Virus record (IMG/VR): IMGVR_UViG_3300045971_000528
Coordinates: 1-64,000 of that record
Direction: 5' to 3' (one strand)
Origin: a virus
DNA length: 64,000 bases
The notes below the pieces were generated by a model. The model was not told where the DNA came from. It made no database searches and was given only the letters and a program-made list of their open reading frames with translations. Shown one piece after another: positions 53,420 through 62,136 of the stretch. Position 1 is the stretch's first letter; each line of letters opens with the position of its first letter. Position numbers and translations under genes: made by a program.

Positions 53420-54030
53420 ACGATGATGCAGTTGCTTTCCTCGCAGCCCAGGATCTTAGAGCAAGCGAAGTAGTCGTGGCCGCTGAAGCCATAGTGTGGG
53501 TCGGTGAGATAGTGCACGCACTGACTCGAATCAAAGTCAGCACCGTCGTCAATGGCCACGTGACAGTCAATTTCCGGATGGTCACGCAGGAAAGCTTGAA
53601 CCTCTAGCCCACGCTTTTCCCACAGTCGTGGTGTGACGCCAACCAGCTCGACCTCAAAGCCGAGCAGCTTCAGGTAGAGACCCAGACATTCGAGGTGTTC
53701 AGGCGACCCGTACTCGATGTCGCATCGTCCTTCGAGAGCTGGAGACATTTTGCTGAAGTAGACACGGTGCGAAGAGGACAGCACAACCTTGGCACCTGAC
53801 CGCTTTGCCAGCCGGTTGAGCAGCGACACTGAGGTTGGGCAGAATGTCTGGAAGGACTGGATGACACCGTAACCGAACTCGCCGCCCGGGCACTTGCTCA
53901 GGAGCTGCATGGTCCAGTCAGCGATCTCTGTCTCGGTGCCGTTGCTGGCTTCCCAATAGGTGCCGGTGCGGGCAAGACAGGATGCGATGGAGTTTGCGAC
54001 TCCATCGATGTCGAGGAAGATCGCCTTCAT
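53416..54030 (-). CDS. HAD-family phosphatase (RNA-repair 'Swiss Army Knife'-type HAD)
   Basis: IFLDIDGVAN, VVLSSS.R, RGLEV, AIDD. Confidence 0.85.
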   Translation of the reverse strand: MKAIFLDIDGVANSIASCLARTGTYWEASNGTETEIADWTMQLLSKCPGGEFGYGVIQSFQTFCPTSVSLLNRLAKRSGAKVVLSSSHRVYFSKMSPALEGRCDIEYGSPEHLECLGLYLKLLGFEVELVGVTPRLWEKRGLEVQAFLRDHPEIDCHVAIDDGADFDSSQCVHYLTDPHYGFSGHDYFACSKILGCEESNCIIV

Positions 54031-54275
54031 ACCCGTTCTGCAGAGCGCCGTTCGTCAGCCGAGGTGTTGGTAAGCGTCAGCTTGCCGGAGTCTTCGTCGA
54101 TGCAGAAGGTGATGACGTCGCCGACAACGTAGTCATGCTCGACCACCCATTCTGGGCTGAACGTCAACAGGAGTTCTCCGCTCGGCAGCTCATGACACTG
54201 GATGGCATCACCGCTGGGGTCGTGTTGGGGATCTTCTGGGAACTGCTCGTTGCTCAGTGTCTGGTCAAATTGCAT
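54027..54275 (-). CDS. AbrB/MazE-like small protein
   Basis: GELLLTFSPEW....DYVVGDVITF. Confidence 0.5.
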   Translation of the reverse strand: MQFDQTLSNEQFPEDPQHDPSGDAIQCHELPSGELLLTFSPEWVVEHDYVVGDVITFCIDEDSGKLTLTNTSADERRSAERV

Positions 54276-54346
54276 TGTGCATCCTTCTGGTGATTGTTCT
54301 ATTGTAGCACATCCCGGGCACCACTGGTCTGGCAGATGCAGGTTGA

Positions 54347-54691
54347 TCATTCGAGCCGCCCCATCTCTCGGTCATGATCCTCTTGATCGACGTCTGCGAG
54401 CTCAAGCGATCCGTCCTTCTGTGGGCGCAGTTCGAGCTGGTCAATGTGCATGGGGATGTGGTAGCCCTTGGAGTGGAACTCGTTGCCATCAGCACCCTTG
54501 ATGTCGATCCACATGGTCTCTGCATCTCGCTCACCTGAGCTGAGCTTGTTGGGCTCGATGTAGGTCCTGATGACAGTGCAGAGCTCACGACCATAGTCGT
54601 AGAAGATGACGCGCTTGTCCTTGCTGAGCGCTCTGCTCAGGAGTTTGTAGACCAGAGGAACGTCCTCGTCGGCGATTTCGTATAGCTTCAT
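54347..54691 (-). CDS. PLI-KG family, CTS-like
   Basis: MKLYEIADEDVPLVYKLLSRALSKDKRV. Confidence 0.75.
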   Translation of the reverse strand: MKLYEIADEDVPLVYKLLSRALSKDKRVIFYDYGRELCTVIRTYIEPNKLSSGERDAETMWIDIKGADGNEFHSKGYHIPMHIDQLELRPQKDGSLELADVDQEDHDREMGRLE

Positions 54692-55029
54692 GTGATCCCC
54701 AATTCGCGCAGCCGACCCCACTTGGGCTTCAGCGTCCAAATGTCACCATCCTTCTCAATCCCGATCAGATGGTCCATGTCTTCGGTGTCCATTAGAATGA
54801 GCGTTTGCTCTCTGAACCCCGTGCCAGGATACCATTTGCCGCGATCGCGGAATGCTTCGGTGTACACCATCTTGTAGCGCTTGCCATCATGGAAGAATTT
54901 GGTGGCGATGCACATTGTGTTGTCGCGGTCTGTAATGCGCAACGCTGTCTGGTCAACGGTCGTTTGGAAGTGCTTCAGTGCCAGCTTCAGTATGAGGGAC
55001 CCGATGTCCTCAATTTCATGCAACATCAT
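54688..55029 (-). CDS. PLI-KG family (divergent), CTS-like
   Basis: MMLHEIEDIGSLILKL. Confidence 0.7.
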   Translation of the reverse strand: MMLHEIEDIGSLILKLALKHFQTTVDQTALRITDRDNTMCIATKFFHDGKRYKMVYTEAFRDRGKWYPGTGFREQTLILMDTEDMDHLIGIEKDGDIWTLKPKWGRLRELGIT

Positions 55030-55348
55030 TTGGCATCTCCCATTCGCCCTTCAGCAACCAGCACCAGCCACCGCTCATTTGGTCGTAGTGCTTCTTCAGT
55101 TGGAACGTCTCTAGCCAAGCAGCGTGCGTGAAGTACGTGGTCATTGTTGAGCTACCACCGAAGTCGGACTTGTAGAAGAACGTGTAGTCGTTGCTGTCAC
55201 TGTCGTATTCCGCCTTGAACATCCAACCAAGGACTAGAAATTGATCGTCTTGCTTCACGCTCAGCTTTACTCGCTCGCCCTTGGCCAGCAGCTTTTGGAC
55301 GACGGTGAAGATCAGCGGAGTGTCGTCAGAGATTTCATCGAGTCTCAT
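55016..55348 (-). CDS. PLI-KG family, CTS-like
   Basis: MRLDEISDDTPLIFTVVQKLLAKGERV. Confidence 0.75.
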   Translation of the reverse strand: MRLDEISDDTPLIFTVVQKLLAKGERVKLSVKQDDQFLVLGWMFKAEYDSDSNDYTFFYKSDFGGSSTMTTYFTHAAWLETFQLKKHYDQMSGGWCWLLKGEWEMPNDVA

Positions 55349-55701
55349 AGGTCATGACCCCCGAGATCCGTATTGTTGCCAGATGCTGGAACATAGAGGG
55401 CTGGCACCAGAGGGCCCCACTTGTTTGGATAGTGTTTCTGCCGAATGTCTGCGCGCTGCAAGCGACCGGCTGGCTGTGAATACTGTTTCGAGACATTGGT
55501 GTACACGTTGAAGGTGTACACCTCGAAAGGCTTGTCAGGCGTTGGCGCAAATGAATCCACCTCGAAGCTGGTGATGCGACCCAGTGTAGACTCAGTGCCA
55601 TCATCTTGGACTATGACCATCAGCACTGGTTCTTCCTTCTTCAGGAGACTGCGCAGCATCTTCACCACGAACGGTTCGGCGTTGAGTTCGTCGAGTCTCA
55701 T
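55345..55701 (-). CDS. PLI-KG family, CTS-like
   Basis: MRLDELNAEPFVVKMLRSLLKKEEPV. Confidence 0.75.
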   Translation of the reverse strand: MRLDELNAEPFVVKMLRSLLKKEEPVLMVIVQDDGTESTLGRITSFEVDSFAPTPDKPFEVYTFNVYTNVSKQYSQPAGRLQRADIRQKHYPNKWGPLVPALYVPASGNNTDLGGHDL

Positions 55702-56018
55702 ATCAGCCCGCTCTTCTTGAAGGTCCAGTAGAAAGCAGGGCCGTCATCATCCTTGCCCAACTCGATGGTCGATTCATCTGCTTCTGGGCCAGTGCGCCAT
55801 GACGTGCCTATTTCACCAGACACTGCAGCCTTCGGCCAAACGATGCCGTACATCGTGCTGCCTGCAGCACGACCGGAAGTGGTGATGTCAACCACCCGGC
55901 GCGGGCGACCAGAAGCACCGATGAAGTAGACGCGATCGCCCTTCTCCAGCTTGCGCTTGATGATGGTCACAGCCAAAGGATCCTCGTCGGTGACGTCATT
56001 GATCTCATCAAGGCGCAT
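55698..56018 (-). CDS. PLI-KG family, CTS-like
   Basis: MRLDEINDVTDEDPLAVTIIKRKLEKGDRV. Confidence 0.75.
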   Translation of the reverse strand: MRLDEINDVTDEDPLAVTIIKRKLEKGDRVYFIGASGRPRRVVDITTSGRAAGSTMYGIVWPKAAVSGEIGTSWRTGPEADESTIELGKDDDGPAFYWTFKKSGLI

Positions 56019-56343
56019 TGACGACCTCCCACTCTTTGTCGCCGACCTTCTTGATGTCCAACAGACTGTCCAAATCTGGATCATGATCCCTTATGCTCAA
56101 CATCCAGATCTGCGGATTGCGGCTCGTAGACAGATTATACATCAGTGCGTAGCGATCTTCATCCTTTCCTACGTGCGTCAACTGACCATGTGCGGGAAAG
56201 ACAGTCAAAGTGCCAGTGTTGGTAGGGAACCGCTTCTTCTCGATGTTGAGCGTGACTATCTCGCCCTTGTCAATGAGGCGCTTCATCAGCCCAAGGATCA
56301 GCGGATCCTGATGATCTTCTTCGAACAGTTCGGTGACCTTCAT
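56008..56343 (-). CDS. PLI-KG family, CTS-like
   Basis: MKVTELFEEDHQDPLILGLMKRLIDKGEIV. Confidence 0.75.
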   Translation of the reverse strand: MKVTELFEEDHQDPLILGLMKRLIDKGEIVTLNIEKKRFPTNTGTLTVFPAHGQLTHVGKDEDRYALMYNLSTSRNPQIWMLSIRDHDPDLDSLLDIKKVGDKEWEVVNAP

Positions 56344-56627
56344 CGCATCTCCCAGGAGACGATCTTGCCGTCTTTTCTCTCGAGTGGATGGAGCATCATG
56401 CCTTCTAGCTGTTCAGGTGTCAAGTAGTCAACACCAAAGGTTGGCTCACTGCCGGCCGTGTCTACGATCTCATAGGACAATTGATACTGAAACTTCTTGG
56501 GAGCGTAGATCAGCGACAGCACCTCACCATAGCCTTGGTAAAAGACAGGCTCGCCCCGATCCTTGAGCTTGTGAACAAGCTTGTAGATGAGCGGCACATC
56601 TGCCTCGTGAATTTCAGTGAGCTTCAA
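56340..56627 (-). CDS. PLI-KG family, CTS-like
   Basis: MKLTEIHEADVPLIYKLVHKLKDRGEPV. Confidence 0.75.
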   Translation of the reverse strand: MKLTEIHEADVPLIYKLVHKLKDRGEPVFYQGYGEVLSLIYAPKKFQYQLSYEIVDTAGSEPTFGVDYLTPEQLEGMMLHPLERKDGKIVSWEMR

Positions 56628-56956
56628 TTTTCAATCACCCAGACTTCGTCTTTTGCGTAGTGCTTCAGTTTCAGTTCATCATCAACAGTCTCAGCCGGTT
56701 CGGCCCAACTGTGGGTCGTCATGCCACCGGGAGAGGTGTAGTAGATGAAGAGATTGCCAACCTCGTACTCGACGCGGTCGACTGCGCCATCCTCGTAGTG
56801 CCCCTTCTTGCCATTTCGCGTGATGACTTTGTATCCGTTCTCTTCGTCATCCTCCATCCAAAGATGGATGTACAGAGTCGCCTCATCCTTCAACAGCTTA
56901 TTTAGGACAGTCAGAAGCAGCGGACGGTGCAGATCCAGTTCTTCAAGCAGCATCAA
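56624..56956 (-). CDS. PLI-KG family, CTS-like
   Basis: MMLLEELDLHRPLLLTVLNKLLKDE. Confidence 0.75.
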   Translation of the reverse strand: MMLLEELDLHRPLLLTVLNKLLKDEATLYIHLWMEDDEENGYKVITRNGKKGHYEDGAVDRVEYEVGNLFIYYTSPGGMTTHSWAEPAETVDDELKLKHYAKDEVWVIEN

Positions 56957-58182
56957 CGTTTCTCCCGACGCTGCTTTTCCAGATCTGCCAGGAATTCAGG
57001 GGTGTATGTGAAGCACCAGACATCACCCTTCTTCACGAGAGTGAAGCAGTAGTCCATGGCTTTGTAGCTGAACTTCTGGACAGGCACCCACCCCTGAGTG
57101 GTAGATTGGTACGCGATATTCAGGCCGTCAGACTTTTCCTCAATGCGAGTGATGTCACCGATGAAGCCATGGAAGCCCATGTCAATCAAGATCTGGTGTC
57201 CCTTGTTGTAGAGCTGAAGCAGAAGCGTAGCGACCAGCGGGATCTTCCCATCATCTACCTCTTCTTCCAGCTCCTCTGCTTGATCAGGATCATAGCGCAC
57301 CATCCAATGACCCTCATGCTTGTCAAGTGTCATGTGGTTCTCGAGATGTTCCCGATCATAGGTGATGCTTTGCCGATTGTTGCCATGCGGGCGCATTACC
57401 TTAAAGATGTAGCTGCCATCCCACTGATAGAGATCTTCTAGCCATGCTGGTTCACCCATGTCTTCAGTGTCATAGAAGAACATGGCGTCCTCCTTGACCT
57501 TTCGCTGCGCCAACAGCTTCCTCACTTGGGTGAAGATGAGTGGATCCTTCTCCAGCTCTTCCCTCACTTTGCGACTACTTTCGCTGCCAGCATCCTCGAT
57601 GCGATAGATCTCCCACCCATTGTGGTCACCACGCAGATCCCACAGGTGCATCAAACTGTCGGGAATGGTAAGGCCGTAGTACCTACCCGTCTTGAGTTGT
57701 TCGAACTCAAAGGCGGTGCGCGCATCCTTGGTACCTTCAGCATGTCGTAAGATCTTCTTCAGCTCGAAGGTCCTCACGCGCTTGTGTTCCATGCGCTCGT
57801 CGTCATCGATAGATTGGTAGAGGACCTGCTCGCCCTTCTTCATTCGTTGTCTTAGAATGGTCGTGAGGATCGGTTCGCGATCATCGTCAATGTCTTCAGT
57901 GATGTCACGGTCTTCTTGCATCTCCCACTCAAGGTCACCGTTATTGTCACGCTTCATGATCGTCCAGCGATCGGCATTCAGCTCATTGATGCGTCTAGAA
58001 GTAACACCGATACCGGGACACTTGAATTTCAACTGCCAATGGTGGGCATTGAACAACGGATCGTCATGCTGCTCGGTAATTTTCTCGAGATAGTAGTGCA
58101 GCTTTCCCTGGCCAATGTAGACAGTGTTTCCAGTATCGTGCAGCTTCTGTACGACCTTGATGATCAGCGGCATGTCATCCAT
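56953..58182 (-). CDS. PLI-KG family, four tandem domains
   Basis: PLIIKVVQKL / PILTTILRQRMKKG / PLIFTQVRKLL / PLVATLLLQLYNKG separated by acidic linkers. Confidence 0.8.
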   Translation of the reverse strand: MDDMPLIIKVVQKLHDTGNTVYIGQGKLHYYLEKITEQHDDPLFNAHHWQLKFKCPGIGVTSRRINELNADRWTIMKRDNNGDLEWEMQEDRDITEDIDDDREPILTTILRQRMKKGEQVLYQSIDDDERMEHKRVRTFELKKILRHAEGTKDARTAFEFEQLKTGRYYGLTIPDSLMHLWDLRGDHNGWEIYRIEDAGSESSRKVREELEKDPLIFTQVRKLLAQRKVKEDAMFFYDTEDMGEPAWLEDLYQWDGSYIFKVMRPHGNNRQSITYDREHLENHMTLDKHEGHWMVRYDPDQAEELEEEVDDGKIPLVATLLLQLYNKGHQILIDMGFHGFIGDITRIEEKSDGLNIAYQSTTQGWVPVQKFSYKAMDYCFTLVKKGDVWCFTYTPEFLADLEKQRREKR

Positions 58183-58504
58183 TGCGTACTCTCTTTAGTT
58201 CCCAATCATCTGGTGCATCTTCTGTCTTGAGACCGATTCGCGTCTTTTCCAGTGTCCATCTTGTTTCAGCTTCATCTGGGGTCATACTCACCCCGATGCC
58301 ACCATGTACATCAATGCTGTAAGCTGGGCCATGATACTCGTCACTGTCCATTGTGCGTGGATGATCAACAACTACCTTGCCAATCTTGCGCACTTCGAGC
58401 AATGCAAAAGACCCCCTCAACCAGATGCGGTCACCCTTAGCCATCAGCTTCCGCATGGTGCTGATGAGCAATGGTTCACGTTCGGTGATTTCACTGAGGA
58501 TCAT
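58175..58504 (-). CDS. PLI-KG family, CTS-like
   Basis: MILSEITEREPLLISTMRKLMAKGDRI. Confidence 0.75.
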   Translation of the reverse strand: MILSEITEREPLLISTMRKLMAKGDRIWLRGSFALLEVRKIGKVVVDHPRTMDSDEYHGPAYSIDVHGGIGVSMTPDEAETRWTLEKTRIGLKTEDAPDDWELKRVRNG

Positions 58505-58892
58505 TGGTCAGGATCCATGAAGGTGATGGGCTTGCAGGCACAAGGGTAAAGGTGGTGTCAAATTCATCAGCCCAAATAGCTGCAATTTGATTGCCATTGC
58601 CAGGACCACGGGAGTTCGGATCTACGTCGATCTCGTACTCGATCTCGATGAACAATCGGTTCGGATTCTTCACGCTTGGGTTGCTATCGCCACCACAACG
58701 TCGCGCATCGTGCGCCTCGAAGATGCGACCATTGTCGACGCGATACTTATCATGGGTGCCTTCCATTCCCAGATCATTCGAGGCATCTAGGGTGCAGTCA
58801 AGCCACACACGCTCACCCTTCGCAAGCTTGCGGCGAATGATGTTGATGAGGATCGGAGTGTCGGTCGGATCGGTGATCTCGGTCAGCTTCAT
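58491..58892 (-). CDS. PLI-KG family, CTS-like
   Basis: MKLTEITDPTDTPILINIIRRKLAKGERV. Confidence 0.75.
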   Translation of the reverse strand: MKLTEITDPTDTPILINIIRRKLAKGERVWLDCTLDASNDLGMEGTHDKYRVDNGRIFEAHDARRCGGDSNPSVKNPNRLFIEIEYEIDVDPNSRGPGNGNQIAAIWADEFDTTFTLVPASPSPSWILTNDPQ

Positions 58893-59539
58893 TGCTTCTC
58901 CAACACGTAGTCTTTGCCATTGTTGATGGGAGACAGGGTGTAGTCGTCAGGATCGATGTACATCTGTTGCATGAAGCTGCTCGCTGGCACGGGTCGCTTG
59001 TCCATGAAGTCGATCTGCACCCCGCCATGCTCATCGTGTTCCATCTTGGAGACCTCGAAGGAGCAAGCACCGTGGTTGTTGTGGCGACGAATGAAGATCG
59101 TGCCGCCCTTGGCATAGATCTTCTTGGCAAGGATAAGCATCAGCGGCATCCCGTCAACTTCCTCCTTGACGACAGATTCGCTATTGACGAACTCCCAAGT
59201 GCTTCGACCCATGTGCTTGAACTGCTTCAGCATGTAGCAGTCCTCGAAGGTATCAGCATTGATCATCAAGTTGGTTTCGCCCTTGTACTGGGTATCGTCA
59301 GGTAGATCCTGTTTCACGTAGGTCAATTCGATCACATTCTCAGTGCCAATCAACCCCTGTATGAGACTGCTCGGGTTTGGTTTGGTTTCAAGTCGCAGGA
59401 TCGGACCTTCATGATGGACCTTCATCGCGCGCAGAGGCATGTCAATGGACAGCCATACCTCTTCGCCTTTTGCTAGCCGCTGCTTCACCAACTTGGCAAG
59501 CAGCGGCAGATCTTCTTCGTGGAGTTCAAAGAGCTTCAT
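58889..59539 (-). CDS. PLI-KG family, two domains
   Basis: MKLFELHEEDLPLLAKLVKQRLAKGEEV; VKEEVDGMPLMLILAKKIYAKG. Confidence 0.8.
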   Translation of the reverse strand: MKLFELHEEDLPLLAKLVKQRLAKGEEVWLSIDMPLRAMKVHHEGPILRLETKPNPSSLIQGLIGTENVIELTYVKQDLPDDTQYKGETNLMINADTFEDCYMLKQFKHMGRSTWEFVNSESVVKEEVDGMPLMLILAKKIYAKGGTIFIRRHNNHGACSFEVSKMEHDEHGGVQIDFMDKRPVPASSFMQQMYIDPDDYTLSPINNGKDYVLEKQ

Positions 59540-60225
59540 GCGCCCGCCGACATGTTACCGGTCACTGCAAGTGCCGGCTTGCCATCGATCCTAGTGAACT
59601 CGCCACAACGCTCGAGGTCATCATCAACGTAGCCAAAGGCCTGTGGTATTCTGCCGCCTGGCGCGATCACCATGAATTCAATCTCTTTGCCAGAGGCTTT
59701 ACCTTCAGTCTTGCGCTGAAAGCTGGTGATCCTGCCCTGCCACTCAAGCTTGTCCTGGTCATCGATGCGCCAGAAAAGATTGACTTCTTCCCCCTTGTCG
59801 AGGAGCTTCTGCAGGACCTTCTCGAGTAGAGAGACATCAACCTCTTCATCAACCTGCTTCACGCGGTTCGTCAGAATCCAGTGGCCGTCCTCGTCCTTCT
59901 TGAAGTCATAGCGATCATCAAAGCTATCAGCACGGACCCATTCTTCCTTGCCGCCAGGGCGGGTCATGTGCTTCCACTTGATGAAGAGACGGGGAATATC
60001 AAAGGCCTTCTCTGGCGCAGCCAGCGCACCACCCTTACCGATACCACCGACCTTGAGCGGGGCGCCCATCCGAATGCCAACGATGTCACCGAAGACGCGA
60101 TTGGATCCGTTCGATAGCTTGGCCCAGATCTTGACCTCGTCAGTTTTCATGCGCCGCAAGATGATCCGCGCCAACAGGGGCAGATCATCGTCGAAGTCGG
60201 ATTCGAGGAGGTGTGATACGAGCAT
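59536..60225 (-). CDS. PLI-KG family, two domains
   Basis: MLVSHLLESDFDDDLPLL; VDEEVDVSLLEKVLQKLLDKGEEV; ATG 4 nt after TAAATA. Confidence 0.8.
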   Translation of the reverse strand: MLVSHLLESDFDDDLPLLARIILRRMKTDEVKIWAKLSNGSNRVFGDIVGIRMGAPLKVGGIGKGGALAAPEKAFDIPRLFIKWKHMTRPGGKEEWVRADSFDDRYDFKKDEDGHWILTNRVKQVDEEVDVSLLEKVLQKLLDKGEEVNLFWRIDDQDKLEWQGRITSFQRKTEGKASGKEIEFMVIAPGGRIPQAFGYVDDDLERCGEFTRIDGKPALAVTGNMSAGA

Positions 60226-60251
60226 CCCCTATTTACGGGGATGCGAGGCTG

Positions 60252-60563
60252 TCAGTCAGCAAGCTTGAAGATGCGGCCGGACCAGTAGGTGGCTTGACGG
60301 GTGCGGATGTAGCGGCCCATTTCCTTGCCTTCCGTGTAGTAGTCACACGGCTTTCCATCCTTCACCCAGCCACGCACTTCTTCGGTGAGGCGGACGACCT
60401 GGGCAGCTTTGCGGCCCTCGCCACGGACACCGAGGAAGATGCCCTCGTAGGTGCCGATGAAGGAGCTGCGACCACCGGCCACAGCCACGATGCGATCGCC
60501 AGGTTGGATGGTCTGGCCAAACTTGTTGAGGAAGGACTTCGGTTCGTAGGTGATTTTCTTCAT
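60252..60563 (-). CDS. Hypothetical protein, paralogue of 61487
   Basis: NKFGQTIQPGDRIV..YEGIFLG. Confidence 0.7.
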   Translation of the reverse strand: MKKITYEPKSFLNKFGQTIQPGDRIVAVAGGRSSFIGTYEGIFLGVRGEGRKAAQVVRLTEEVRGWVKDGKPCDYYTEGKEMGRYIRTRQATYWSGRIFKLAD

Positions 60564-60865
60564 GTGCTCTCCGTTTCGGTGACGGTCAAGCTACCACAGT
60601 GCAGCTCCCACGTCTTAGTTTCTGGATCTTGAATGAGACGCGCCTGCTGCTCGATCTTGTCGATGTCGATCATGCAAGACAACCCGCGCCACTCCTGGGT
60701 CTGGCGTGCAGCCATATGGTATCTGATAGCCACGCAGTCATTCACAATGTCGATGCGATTGATCACTCGCGGCTTCGGCTTCAGGTGGTGGTTGATGTAG
60801 TCGACTCGGGTGCCCTTCTTGAGAAGGATGTTCACCATCGAGACGAGGATGGGAACCTCGGTCAT
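60560..60865 (-). CDS. PLI-KG family, no CTS
   Basis: MTEVPILVSMVNILLKKGTRV. Confidence 0.7.
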   Translation of the reverse strand: MTEVPILVSMVNILLKKGTRVDYINHHLKPKPRVINRIDIVNDCVAIRYHMAARQTQEWRGLSCMIDIDKIEQQARLIQDPETKTWELHCGSLTVTETEST

Positions 60866-61197
60866 ATCGGGCCGAGACCGTACGACTCAGTCTTCTTCGC
60901 GTGGTTGATCTTCAGTTCCCAGATGGTGGGTGCAGTCTGCTTGATGAAGGCGCAGTGCTCGAGTTCTTCGTGTGTGAACACTGAAACGTCATGCACGTCG
61001 AAGTTGAACTCGTACGTGATGCGGTAGCGAAATTGGATCGGTTGGGCCGCCGGCCATTCGACTGCATCAATTGCCACCAAGATTCCACTGCGTCTACCGC
61101 CGGCATGTTCGAGATCCACCCGGACGGTTTCGCCTTTGCGAAGTAGACCCTGCAAGATCCCGAAGATCAGCGGATGGGGTGTACTGAGGGTAGACAT
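60862..61197 (-). CDS. PLI-KG family, no CTS
   Basis: PHPLIFGILQGLLRKGETV. Confidence 0.7.
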   Translation of the reverse strand: MSTLSTPHPLIFGILQGLLRKGETVRVDLEHAGGRRSGILVAIDAVEWPAAQPIQFRYRITYEFNFDVHDVSVFTHEELEHCAFIKQTAPTIWELKINHAKKTESYGLGPI

Positions 61198-61454
61198 GTG
61201 AAGTCTCCTATGCGAAGGGTCTTTACCCCGTTGATCTCTACTAGGTCTGCATTTTCCTCCAGGAACTCGACGCTAAACATCTCATTGCGTCGCTCGGGGG
61301 TCTCGTACATGAACTGCACCATCCCGCCCAACCCACCAGGAATGATGGAGACCAAGTCGCCCTTGCCGTTCTTGTCGAACTTCGACTCGAACACTATCCA
61401 CTTGCCTTCGTTCAGCAACTTGATAGCGCAGTGGATGGCGAGCGGGAGTTTCAT
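61167..61454 (-). CDS. PLI-KG family, no CTS
   Basis: MKLPLAIHCAIKLLNEGKWI; start 7 nt after TATAAT. Confidence 0.7.
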   Translation of the reverse strand: MKLPLAIHCAIKLLNEGKWIVFESKFDKNGKGDLVSIIPGGLGGMVQFMYETPERRNEMFSVEFLEENADLVEINGVKTLRIGDFTCLPSVHPIR

Positions 61455-61486
61455 GATTGGATTATATCACGTCCACCGGAAACGTG

Positions 61487-61840
61487 TTAGATTGTGTGGC
61501 CGATCAGATCCTTGACCGTGATGCTGGCATGGCAGAGCGACTGCTCGTAGTGTAGCTTGGTGCGCTTGCCACTGAGCCGCTCGACGATGTAGTAGGTCTG
61601 CTCGCGCTGCAGGGTGTATGGCGTCTCGGGATCTTTCCGATACCACGTCTCGACCCTCATGATGCCCTTGAAGGTGCCTTCATCGACAGACGTGGCTCGA
61701 CCGCACTGGGCGAACGTGACAACTGGATCGCCGACGTTGATCTGTTTGCCGAAGCGACTGTTGACGGACTCCTCGAGGGGTTCCTTCTGCGAGCCGAACG
61801 CGCGCTCGTCGTAGTGGTGACGGTATCCATAGCGGCTCAT
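61487..61840 (-). CDS. Hypothetical protein, paralogue of 60252
   Basis: SRFGKQINVGDPVV..DEGTFKG. Confidence 0.7.
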   Translation of the reverse strand: MSRYGYRHHYDERAFGSQKEPLEESVNSRFGKQINVGDPVVTFAQCGRATSVDEGTFKGIMRVETWYRKDPETPYTLQREQTYYIVERLSGKRTKLHYEQSLCHASITVKDLIGHTI

Positions 61841-62094
61841 GTCGGTTCTCCGATCGTGAGGGTGACAGGTACGGCCTCGTAGCGGGGCCATGGTGTGAAG
61901 CTACCGCGCCCAGCACTGGTGACCTGGCGGTTGAAGTCATCTTGTCGATCGGCATCCTTGTTCTTCTTGCCGACAACCGAGAAGGCGCTGCCCTTGGTGT
62001 AGAGCTTCGGGGTGGCATACTTGCCGTAGCCAGACTCGTATTCCTGGGTGCCTATCTGGCGGATGAAGTAGAACTGTTGCGTCGCAGCGCTCAT
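61837..62094 (-). CDS. Hypothetical protein
   Basis: AGGAG SD; 85 aa. Confidence 0.65.
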   Translation of the reverse strand: MSAATQQFYFIRQIGTQEYESGYGKYATPKLYTKGSAFSVVGKKNKDADRQDDFNRQVTSAGRGSFTPWPRYEAVPVTLTIGEPT

Positions 62095-62136
62095 GAGGTT
62101 CTCCTGTGAGAGGAGAGGGGCCGAAGCCCCTCGTGA

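Noticed and set aside
54347-60225. Diversity-generating retroelement behind the paralogue array
   Set aside because: No reverse transcriptase is present, and I saw no near-identical template/variable repeat pair differing at adenines.
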